Origin: an uncultured Arcobacter sp.
GTDB taxonomy: Bacteria > Campylobacterota > Campylobacteria > Campylobacterales > Arcobacteraceae
Assembly: GCA_965140705.1 (NCBI GenBank)
Contig: OZ223300.1
Location: forward strand, 448,001-512,000
Direction of reading: 5' to 3'
DNA length: 64,000 nucleotides
A program made the position numbers and the translations under genes. The notes beneath the pieces are model-generated. The model ran no database searches and was not told where the DNA came from. It worked only from the letters and a program-made list of their open reading frames with translations. Position 1 is the stretch's first letter; every line of letters starts with the position of its first letter. This document shows positions 9,756 through 17,648 of this stretch, piece by piece.

Positions 9756-11160
9756 TTTAGCAATAATTGGTTCAGGAATTGGGGGGGCATTAATAGCAGC
9801 ACTAAATAAAGATAAAAGTCATATTCTTTTTGAAAAAGATTCTAATCTTGGGGGATGTGCTAGTACTTTTAAAAGATTTGGGAATTATTATAATACAGGA
9901 GCTACAACTTTTGTAGGATATGAAGAAAATCATATTTTAAAAAATATGTTTGATAAAATCAAATATGTCCCAAATATCTCTGAATCAAAAATCGCAATAA
10001 GAACAATACAAAATAAAAAAGTAGTAGATAGAGTAAGAGACTTTGAAGAGTTTTTAGCCCAAATAGAAGAAAATTATCCAAATGAAAATAATAGAGTTTT
10101 TTGGGAAAAAATAAAAGATATTGATGAGAAGTTTTGGCAAATCAAGGATATATATTTTGCAAAATATAGTTTGCATTCTTATATAAAATCTTTGAGTACT
10201 TTTAAAAATATGATAAAAGTTTTTAAGCTGGATTTATTTAAAAGTGCAAGCTCTTTTATTAAAGAAAACTTGGGAGAAATAACACAAGAATATCAAAGTT
10301 TTATAGATGCCCAACTTCTTATTACTGTGCAAAGCAAATCAAAAGATATCTCTTTATTATCTATGGCTTTAGGCTTATCTTACCCTTTTCATAAAGTGTT
10401 TTATGTAAATAATGGCATGGGTTCAATTATAGAAGATATACTAAAAGAAGTAAATGTTCATAAAAAAGAAGAGATACTAAAAATCAAAAAATCAAAAGAT
10501 TCGTATTTTATTAATTCATCAAAAGGTGAATATCAAGCAAAAAATATTGTACTAAATACAACTATTTATGATAGTAAAAATTTTTTTGGAGAAAAAATAA
10601 AAAAATATTATGAAAAGTTTGAGTTTAGTGATCAAAGTGCTTTTACAAGCTATCTTACAATTAATAGTAAAGAGAAGTTTTTAGAACACTATCAAATCAT
10701 ATTAAAGCCTGATATTCCAAATTGCATCTCCAATTCATTTTTTATCTCTTTTTCAAAACTAAGTGATGAGAAAATGAGTCAAAATGGATATAGTGTAACT
10801 ATTTCAACTCATACAAAAGTTAGTACTTGGAAAGCCTTATCAAAGGATGATTATAAAAAACAAAAAGAGCTGACACAAAACTTTATATTAGAGCATTTTT
10901 TAGATTATTTTGATAACATAAGTTCAGAACAAATAACAAAAATATTTTCTGCTACTTGTTTGACTTTTCAAAGATTTATAGGAAGAGCAAATTGTGGTGG
11001 GAAAGCTATAAATATAAAGTCAGCTTTGCAAATCCCTTCTTGTAAAACACCTTTTGAAGGTTTATATAATGTGGGGGATACAGTATTTGCTGGTCAAGGT
11101 TGGCCAGGAGTTGCTTTGGGCGTAAATATATTAAATAAGGAGCTAAATGAAAAGCTTTGA
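9742..11160 (+). CDS. FAD-dependent oxidoreductase, phytoene desaturase (CrtI/CrtD)-like
   Basis: GSGIGG Rossmann motif, E..SNLGGCASTFKR.G..YNTGAT, C-terminal GLYNVGDTVFAGQGWPGV. Confidence 0.8.
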   Translation: MQKYDLAIIGSGIGGALIAALNKDKSHILFEKDSNLGGCASTFKRFGNYYNTGATTFVGYEENHILKNMFDKIKYVPNISESKIAIRTIQNKKVVDRVRDFEEFLAQIEENYPNENNRVFWEKIKDIDEKFWQIKDIYFAKYSLHSYIKSLSTFKNMIKVFKLDLFKSASSFIKENLGEITQEYQSFIDAQLLITVQSKSKDISLLSMALGLSYPFHKVFYVNNGMGSIIEDILKEVNVHKKEEILKIKKSKDSYFINSSKGEYQAKNIVLNTTIYDSKNFFGEKIKKYYEKFEFSDQSAFTSYLTINSKEKFLEHYQIILKPDIPNCISNSFFISFSKLSDEKMSQNGYSVTISTHTKVSTWKALSKDDYKKQKELTQNFILEHFLDYFDNISSEQITKIFSATCLTFQRFIGRANCGGKAINIKSALQIPSCKTPFEGLYNVGDTVFAGQGWPGVALGVNILNKELNEKL

Positions 11161-12136
11161 ATTACAAATTTCTTATAAAGACTGGCTTTATATAATCATT
11201 ATAGGAATACTTTTTGGTTTTTTGATTTCTTTAGTTTTTTATTATACAAATGAAGAGATTAGATATCTATCAACTATTGCTTTTAGTACTTCATGCGCTT
11301 TTTTTATCTCTTTCTTTTCTTTTTTATTTATTTCCATTTCAAATTTTTATATTTTGCCAAATGTTAAAAAAAGATATTGGTATTTTATTAGTTTTATATT
11401 CTCTTTTTTAGCTGGGTGGTGTGGGTTTTCTTTGACTTATATTTTATTTAGTGATAGCTATCCAATAGTAAAATTAATATCACAATATTGGCTAGATATT
11501 AGTACAACTATTGGATTATTAACTTTTTTGATTGGTTTGATATTGCATCAATTTATTTCTATGAAATATAAGAATGAAATAACTCATAGTGAGATATTAC
11601 AAACAAAATTACAAGCTTTGGAGGGTGAGTTAAATCCCCACTTTTTATTTAATGCTTTGAATTCTATTTCAGAACTTATATATCAAGATCAAAAAAAAGC
11701 AGAAGAGTCAGTTCTAAAATTATCAAAATTTTTAAGAAATGCCATTACAAAAAAGGGTTTGATTGATTTAAAAAGTGAAATTGATATGTTAAATACATAT
11801 TTACATATAGAGAATATAAGATTTGATAAAAAAATAGTTTTTAATCTAAATTGTGATGAAAAATATTATGATATGCTTTTACCAAAATTCTCCATCCAAC
11901 TTCTTGTAGAAAATGCAATAAAACATGGTTTTACAGGAGAGAGTTTGATTATTGATGTGAATGTAACTGATAAAAAAATAGAAGTAATAAATAGCGGGAA
12001 AGTTACTTCTAAAGTTACCTTTGGAGTGGGATTAAATAATTTGCAAAAAAGATTACAAATACTTAAAATTGGATATTTAAAAAGTTCAATAGAAGATAAT
12101 AAAATGAAATTTACAATATATAGGAGTAATAGATGA
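11147..12136 (+). CDS. LytS/YehU-family membrane sensor histidine kinase
   Basis: About four N-terminal TM segments; LNPHFLFNALNSI H-box; E...RF; QLLVENAIKHG; GVGLNNLQKRL. Confidence 0.88.
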   Translation: MKSFELQISYKDWLYIIIIGILFGFLISLVFYYTNEEIRYLSTIAFSTSCAFFISFFSFLFISISNFYILPNVKKRYWYFISFIFSFLAGWCGFSLTYILFSDSYPIVKLISQYWLDISTTIGLLTFLIGLILHQFISMKYKNEITHSEILQTKLQALEGELNPHFLFNALNSISELIYQDQKKAEESVLKLSKFLRNAITKKGLIDLKSEIDMLNTYLHIENIRFDKKIVFNLNCDEKYYDMLLPKFSIQLLVENAIKHGFTGESLIIDVNVTDKKIEVINSGKVTSKVTFGVGLNNLQKRLQILKIGYLKSSIEDNKMKFTIYRSNR

Positions 12137-12843
12137 AAGTAATGATAGTAGATGATGAAAAGCTAGCTCTTAGTAGATTGACAAGACTTCTAAATGAAGA
12201 AGGAATAGAAGATATTGTAAGTTTTGATTCTCCAAGTCTTGCTTTAGTAGAAGCAACAAAAAATAAGTTTGATGTAGTTTTTTTGGATATTTCAATGCCA
12301 CAAATGAATGGTTTGGAACTAGCTAATGTTATTTTATCTATGGAGCCTAAGACTTTTATTGTATTTCAAACAGCATATAGTGAGTATGCAATAGAGGCTT
12401 TTAAAATTGGTGGAATAGATTATTTAATGAAACCAATAGAGAGTGATGACATAAAAAGAGTAATAGAAAAAATAAAAAGTTTTAAACAATCAAGTGACGC
12501 AAGTGATGAAAAACTTTTAGGGAAAAGAGGAAATAAAATATATTTAATCAAACTTGATGATATATATTTTATAAAAGCAGATCTTGATGAAGTGCTTGTT
12601 CGTATAAAAGATGCAGATGTTTATGTAAAAAGAAAAATTGGAGATTTAGAAAAACTTTTAGATAAAAAGAAGTTTTTTAGAATACATCGCTCAATTATTG
12701 TAAATGTGGACAAAATAAAATCAATGGAGAGTGTAGAACAGTCAAAATTGACTATTAGCTTTGAAAATATTGATTCCGTAGTTACTAGTTCTAAAGATGG
12801 AGCTAAAGAGTTTAGAGAATATTTAGAAAGAAGAAGTCTTTAA
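12133..12843 (+). CDS. LytTR-family response regulator
   Basis: VDDE, FLDISMPQMNG, TAYSEYA, DYLMKP; LytTR domain FFRIHRSIIVN. Confidence 0.92.
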   Translation: MKVMIVDDEKLALSRLTRLLNEEGIEDIVSFDSPSLALVEATKNKFDVVFLDISMPQMNGLELANVILSMEPKTFIVFQTAYSEYAIEAFKIGGIDYLMKPIESDDIKRVIEKIKSFKQSSDASDEKLLGKRGNKIYLIKLDDIYFIKADLDEVLVRIKDADVYVKRKIGDLEKLLDKKKFFRIHRSIIVNVDKIKSMESVEQSKLTISFENIDSVVTSSKDGAKEFREYLERRSL

Positions 12844-12847
12844 ACTG

Positions 12848-12888
12848 ACAAAAAACAACTACTAATCCTTTTGTTTTGATGATAAACT
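12848..12888 (+). promoter_or_regulatory. Stress-cluster promoter motif copy 2 (gpx-SRPBCC-hemH)
   Basis: ACAAAAAACAACTACTAAT (12848-12866), 16 nt, then TAAACT (12883-12888) preceded by TG. Confidence 0.6.
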
Positions 12889-12909
12889 TTTCAAAATAGA
12901 AGGATTAGC

Positions 12910-13443
12910 ATGAAAAAATTATTATCAACACTACTTTTCTTTATTCCTATACTAGGAATCTCACAAACATCAATTTATGATTTTAAAGTTAAAACAATAG
13001 ACAATAAAGAGATATCTTTATCAAAATACAAAAATAGAGTTATGTTAATAGTCAATGTTGCTAGTAAGTGTGGCTTTACTTACCAATATGAAGGTTTAGA
13101 AAAATTGCACGAAAAATACTCTTCAAAGGGTTTAAGTATTTTAGGTTTTCCTTGTAATCAATTTTTAAATCAAGAACCAGGAACAAATAAAGATATAAAA
13201 GAGTTTTGTTCTTTAACTTATCAAGTAAAATTTGACATGTTTTCAAAAATAGATGTAAATGGTGATGATGCTTCACCTTTATATAAATATTTAAAATCAT
13301 CTCAATCAGGACTATTTGGTACAGGCCTTATAAAATGGAACTTCACAAAGTTTTTAGTTGATAGAACTGGAAAAGTAATAAAAAGATACTCACCTTCAAC
13401 AAATCCAAGTGAAATTGAAGATGATATAAAAGAGTTATTATGA
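12910..13443 (+). CDS. Glutathione peroxidase-family (Cys-GPx) protein with N-terminal signal-like peptide
   Basis: NVASKCGFT.QY, GFPCNQF..QEPG, KWNFTKFLVDR; hydrophobic N-terminus MKKLLSTLLFFIPILG. Confidence 0.92.
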   Translation: MKKLLSTLLFFIPILGISQTSIYDFKVKTIDNKEISLSKYKNRVMLIVNVASKCGFTYQYEGLEKLHEKYSSKGLSILGFPCNQFLNQEPGTNKDIKEFCSLTYQVKFDMFSKIDVNGDDASPLYKYLKSSQSGLFGTGLIKWNFTKFLVDRTGKVIKRYSPSTNPSEIEDDIKELL

Positions 13444-13895
13444 AAAGATATGAAAAAACATCACTCATCTCGTGCTCATTAGATGAATTATTTGAGTTTC
13501 ATTTAGACTCAAATAATATAAAAAGAATCACTCCAAAAGATACAAAAGTAGAACTTCTAAGTAAAAATTTTGTGCCAGCTGAAGGCAAAGTTTTACAAAT
13601 AAAAACTACAAAATTTTGTATACCAACTTTATGGGAAGTTGAGATTAGTTTGATAAAAAAACCAAATATGTTAGTTGATACAGCAATTCGCTCACCCTTT
13701 GAGTTTTGGAGACATTCTCATATCTTTACAAAAAAAGGAAATGTTTGTGAATTAAAAGATGTGATTGAATATGAAATGCCATTTGGCTTTATTGGAAATA
13801 TTTTTTCTGGTTTTATGGAAAAACAACTTGATAATATGTTTTCATATAGACATAAACAAACAAAGATGATATTAGAAAAGAAGGATGAAGATTGA
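13440..13895 (+). CDS. SRPBCC (START-like) family protein
   Basis: ELFEFH...NI..ITP, D.AIRSPF.FW.H.H.F, D.IEY.MPFG, MFSYRH. Confidence 0.8.
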   Translation: MKRYEKTSLISCSLDELFEFHLDSNNIKRITPKDTKVELLSKNFVPAEGKVLQIKTTKFCIPTLWEVEISLIKKPNMLVDTAIRSPFEFWRHSHIFTKKGNVCELKDVIEYEMPFGFIGNIFSGFMEKQLDNMFSYRHKQTKMILEKKDED

Positions 13896-14824
13896 AAAAA
13901 GCAGTAGTGCTCATGAATATGGGTGGCCCAAATAATTTAGATGAAGTAAAAGTTTTTTTGACAAATATGTTTAATGATAAATATATAATAGGTGCACCAC
14001 AGCCTATAAGAGCTATGATAGGATTTTTGATTACAAGTATGAGAGAAAAAGAGGCTAAAAAAAACTACGCTTTACTTGGAGGAATGTCTCCAATAGTAGG
14101 TCATACAAAAAGACTTGTTAGAAGATTAAATGAAAGAATAGAAGATAAGGATGTCTTTTATGCTATGAGATATACTCCACCTTTTTCAGAAGAGGTAGTA
14201 AAAGAGCTAAAAGAGTATGATGAGATTATTACTTTTCCTATGTATCCACATTATTCTAGTACAACTACAAAGTCTTCAATTGAAGACTTTCAAAAGGCTT
14301 TAAAAAAGGCAAATATAAATATTCCTGTTAAGACGGTAGAGAGTTATTATGACAATGAAAAATATAATAAGGTAATAGTTGAGAGAATAAAAGAGAGATT
14401 AGATGGAGATAACTCAGAAGAGTTTGAATTAGTCTTTTCAGCCCATGGACTTACCCAAAGGGTTATTGACAAAGGTGATTTATATCAAAAACATATTTTA
14501 GCAAATGTTGAATATGCAAAAAAAGAGTTAGAAAAACAAGGAATAAAGTTCAAAGATATACATGTAGCTTATCAATCAAGACTTGGTCCTATGGAGTGGC
14601 TTAGACCTTATATGGATGATAAGTTAAGAGAACTTGGAGATAAAGTTTTAGTCTATCCTATATCATTTACAGTAGATAATTCAGAAACAGAATTTGAACT
14701 TGTAATGGAGTATAAAGAGATAGCTGATGAGGTAGGAATAAAAGATTATAGAGTTGCACGTGCTCCAAATCATCATCCACTTTTTATGGAAGCGTTAAGT
14801 GAGCTTTTTGAGCAGGCAGTATAA
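13892..14824 (+). CDS. hemH: Ferrochelatase
   Basis: MNMGGP, GGMSP, AMRY, PMYPHYS..T, FSAHGL, YQSRLGPMEWL.P, SFTVDNSET.FEL. Confidence 0.95.
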   Translation: MKKAVVLMNMGGPNNLDEVKVFLTNMFNDKYIIGAPQPIRAMIGFLITSMREKEAKKNYALLGGMSPIVGHTKRLVRRLNERIEDKDVFYAMRYTPPFSEEVVKELKEYDEIITFPMYPHYSSTTTKSSIEDFQKALKKANINIPVKTVESYYDNEKYNKVIVERIKERLDGDNSEEFELVFSAHGLTQRVIDKGDLYQKHILANVEYAKKELEKQGIKFKDIHVAYQSRLGPMEWLRPYMDDKLRELGDKVLVYPISFTVDNSETEFELVMEYKEIADEVGIKDYRVARAPNHHPLFMEALSELFEQAV

Positions 14825-14825
14825 A

Positions 14826-16361
14826 TTACTTGTAAAAAAGTTTTATAATACCTGCTAAAAATAATACTAAAGCAAAGCTTTTTAAATCTTTGTCATACAA
14901 AAGAATAAAAAAGCTAGATAGAATTAGAATTAAAGAGTTTGTGATTCCTTTTACATAGCTTTTTAACTCTTTTGCTAAATACTCAATTTGATTATTTGAA
15001 ACTTCAATTTGTAAAGTTCCCTCACTAGCTTTTTTTACTACATTCTTTAACTCTTTTACAAAAAATGGTAAATCTTTTACTTCATCAATAATTGTCTCCG
15101 TTATTGTATCTTTTGCCCCAAGGGCTTTTGGAAGATTATTTTGCAAGATTGGTAGGATATCTTTTATTCCATTGAAATTTTCTATATAAGTAGTTCCTAA
15201 TCCTTCTACAATAGCACTAACTCTTAAGATATAAATAGCATCACTTGGTAGTTTAAAAGGCATATTTCTAGTTGTTTCTAAAATCTCAAAGGCAAGTTTT
15301 TGCATAGATTCACTACTTAAATTATCATTTGAAAATATATCAAACATATTTGAAGTAAACTCTGCAAGTTCTGAAGTAGGGGCTTCATATGATATGGTTC
15401 CAAGCCTTTTACTAGCAGCAATATAGAGTTCATAATTTTGTTCATTGGCTGCTTTTATTAACTCAATTATTGCTATTCTTTTATCATTTGGTACAGTTTT
15501 TACCATCCCAAAATCAAGTAAAATAAGTTCACCTTTTTTATTTACTAGTAAATTCCCAGGATGGGGATCTGCATGGAAGTATCCATTTATAAGCATTTGA
15601 GTAGTATAAAAATCAACTAATTTTGCAATGATATTTTTAAAATCTATTTTGTGTTTAAAGATATTTTCTTTATCATCAAATCTAAATCCCTCTTCATAAC
15701 TCATAACAATAGCATCATCGCTACAATACTCTTCATATGGCTTAGGAAACTTTATACCACTATTTTCATATACATGAGAAAATTTTTTTAGATTTGATAA
15801 CTCTTTATTTAAAGATACTTCTTCTTGTATCATCTTTGAAAACTCAACAATAACAGCTTCTATAGAGTTTTTAGTATAGTGTGAAAATAGGGGTTTAAAT
15901 AAAAAATTAAAAAAGCTTATGATTTTTATATCAGCTAAAATTTGTTTTTTTATGCCATCTCTTCTTAATTTTACAGCAACTTTTTCTCCACTATTTAAAT
16001 ATGCCACATGAACTTGTCCGATAGAAGCAGAAGCTATGGCATTTTTATCAAAGCTTTTGAAAGTAAGATTTTTAAAGGCCTTATTATAAATTTTTTCATA
16101 ACTTTTTTCATTCATTGGTGGGATTTGGTCATGGAGGTTTTTTAACTCATCAAGATAATCTTTTGAAAAAAAATCAGACCTAGTAGCCAATACTTGAGCT
16201 AGTTTTATAAAACTAGCCCCAAGTTTAACAATAGTATTTTTTAAACTTTTTGGTTTTAGTGGTTTTAAAAATAAAAAGCTCTCTTTTCTTTTTATAACTA
16301 AATAAATTGTTAATAAAAAGAAAAATACACTTAGTATTCTTTTGGGTGAATAATTATTTAT
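14826..16361 (-). CDS. ABC1/UbiB/AarF-family atypical kinase; extended to a probable ATA start
   Basis: IASASIGQVH, VAVK, FHADPHPGN, LDFGM. The conserved LGASFIKLAQVLATR motif lies upstream of the track's TTG (16190); the frame is open to ATA 16361, 6 nt after GAGGA. Confidence 0.85.
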   Translation of the reverse strand: MNNYSPKRILSVFFFLLTIYLVIKRKESFLFLKPLKPKSLKNTIVKLGASFIKLAQVLATRSDFFSKDYLDELKNLHDQIPPMNEKSYEKIYNKAFKNLTFKSFDKNAIASASIGQVHVAYLNSGEKVAVKLRRDGIKKQILADIKIISFFNFLFKPLFSHYTKNSIEAVIVEFSKMIQEEVSLNKELSNLKKFSHVYENSGIKFPKPYEEYCSDDAIVMSYEEGFRFDDKENIFKHKIDFKNIIAKLVDFYTTQMLINGYFHADPHPGNLLVNKKGELILLDFGMVKTVPNDKRIAIIELIKAANEQNYELYIAASKRLGTISYEAPTSELAEFTSNMFDIFSNDNLSSESMQKLAFEILETTRNMPFKLPSDAIYILRVSAIVEGLGTTYIENFNGIKDILPILQNNLPKALGAKDTITETIIDEVKDLPFFVKELKNVVKKASEGTLQIEVSNNQIEYLAKELKSYVKGITNSLILILSSFFILLYDKDLKSFALVLFLAGIIKLFYK

Positions 16362-16621
16362 TTTAAATCCTCTTTTAATTTTTCTAAGTCCTCTTTTGTA
16401 GCAAGTCCTAGTTCATCAATTACTTCTTTTAAGATTCTTTTTATTTCATCTTTTGCTTTTTTTTCTTCGTCTTTACCTTTTTGTTCAAGGGATTCTAAAA
16501 AGCTTTTTGCATCATCTTTTTTTAACTTACCTTTTTTCTCTAAGGCTTTTATCTCTTCTTCAACTTTTTCTCTAATAACAGCTGCTGCACCAAAACCAGT
16601 ATTTAATAATTCTTTTAGCAT
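16358..16621 (-). CDS. Phasin-like (PhaF/PhaI-type) small coiled-coil protein
   Basis: G.GAA...EK.EE....LEKKGKL...A, LGLATKEDL..L; adjacent to the ABC1 kinase. Confidence 0.75.
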   Translation of the reverse strand: MLKELLNTGFGAAAVIREKVEEEIKALEKKGKLKKDDAKSFLESLEQKGKDEEKKAKDEIKRILKEVIDELGLATKEDLEKLKEDLK

Positions 16622-16661
16622 TTTAATATCCTTTTTTATTTTTATACTTCTGTAATTATAT

Positions 16662-16691
16662 AGTATAAAACAATAATATCTGTATTGGTAG
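16662..16691 (-). promoter_or_regulatory. Stress-cluster promoter motif copy 3 (phasin-ABC1 kinase)
   Basis: Minus strand CTACCAAT (16691-16684), 16 nt, then TATACT (16667-16662). Confidence 0.55.
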
Positions 16692-16701
16692 TAGAAAAAT
16701 G

Positions 16702-17472
16702 TTAATTAATAATTTTTCCTGCTACCTTATGGGCGATTGGACCTTTTCCTGCACCTAAACTTGGGGCATTTTTTATTGCATGAAAAATAAATTCTTTCGA
16801 GATACTAATTGATTCCTCAAGTGTTTTTCCAAGAGCTAGATTTGCAGCAATTGCACTTGAAAAACTGCAACCCGTTCCATGGGTATTTGAGGTATCTATA
16901 AAATCAGATTGAAAAATCTTTTTTTGCCCATTTTTGTAAAATAATATATCTATAGAAACTTTTTTATTATCTGTTTGTTCGGTGTGATTTTTTATTAAAA
17001 CTTCACAAGGTATATTAGATATCTCTTTTAAAGCATCATTTCCAAAAAGTTCTTTTGCTTCATATAAGTTTGGAGTAGTAACTTTTGAATATGGAAACAG
17101 AGTTTTTAGATTTTCAATTGCATCTTCATTTAAAAGTTTTGAACCAGCTTTTGATACAAAAACAGGATCAAATACTATAGGAATATTTAAATCTTTTATA
17201 GAGTCTCTAACTACATCAATAATATCATTTGAAAAAAGCATTCCAATTTTTATGCAAGCTACATCAAAATCATCTAAAATTGCATCAATTTGGTCTTTGA
17301 TAAAAGATGGACTTACTTCTTGAATATTCGTTACACCTTTTGTATTTTGAGCAGTTAAAACAGTAAGCACACTACAACCAAAAACACCAAATGCCTCAAA
17401 GGTTTTTAAATCAGCTTGAATACCTGCTCCTGCGCTACAATCACTTCCTGCTATGGATAAAACTACTTTCAA
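16702..17472 (-). CDS. thiD: Hydroxymethylpyrimidine/phosphomethylpyrimidine kinase
   Basis: IAGSDCSAGAGIQADLKTF, TAQNT.GV, KIGML, TPNL.EA, HGTGCSFSSAIA. Confidence 0.95.
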   Translation of the reverse strand: MKVVLSIAGSDCSAGAGIQADLKTFEAFGVFGCSVLTVLTAQNTKGVTNIQEVSPSFIKDQIDAILDDFDVACIKIGMLFSNDIIDVVRDSIKDLNIPIVFDPVFVSKAGSKLLNEDAIENLKTLFPYSKVTTPNLYEAKELFGNDALKEISNIPCEVLIKNHTEQTDNKKVSIDILFYKNGQKKIFQSDFIDTSNTHGTGCSFSSAIAANLALGKTLEESISISKEFIFHAIKNAPSLGAGKGPIAHKVAGKIIN

Positions 17473-17648
17473 TTTATTTCCTTTATATGTTTTCTAATTC
17501 TACTGAAATTATCATTATGGTAGGAAAAGAAACAAAATAATTAAAATAAATATTGTAGAAATAATAATTAAACTTATTTTAATAAAAGGAAAGGTTTTTA
17601 TGCTACAATTTAGACACAGTTTATGAAGTAAAAATAAAAGGGGATTGA

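Noticed and set aside
16198..16217. Perfect 20-bp palindrome GCTAGTTTTATAAAACTAGC
   Set aside because: It falls inside the conserved ASFIKLA coding motif of the extended ABC1 kinase, is single-copy and AT-rich; probably incidental
17473..17648. TPP riboswitch upstream of thiD
   Set aside because: No CTGAGA or other THI-box core on the relevant strand; region is nearly all A/T
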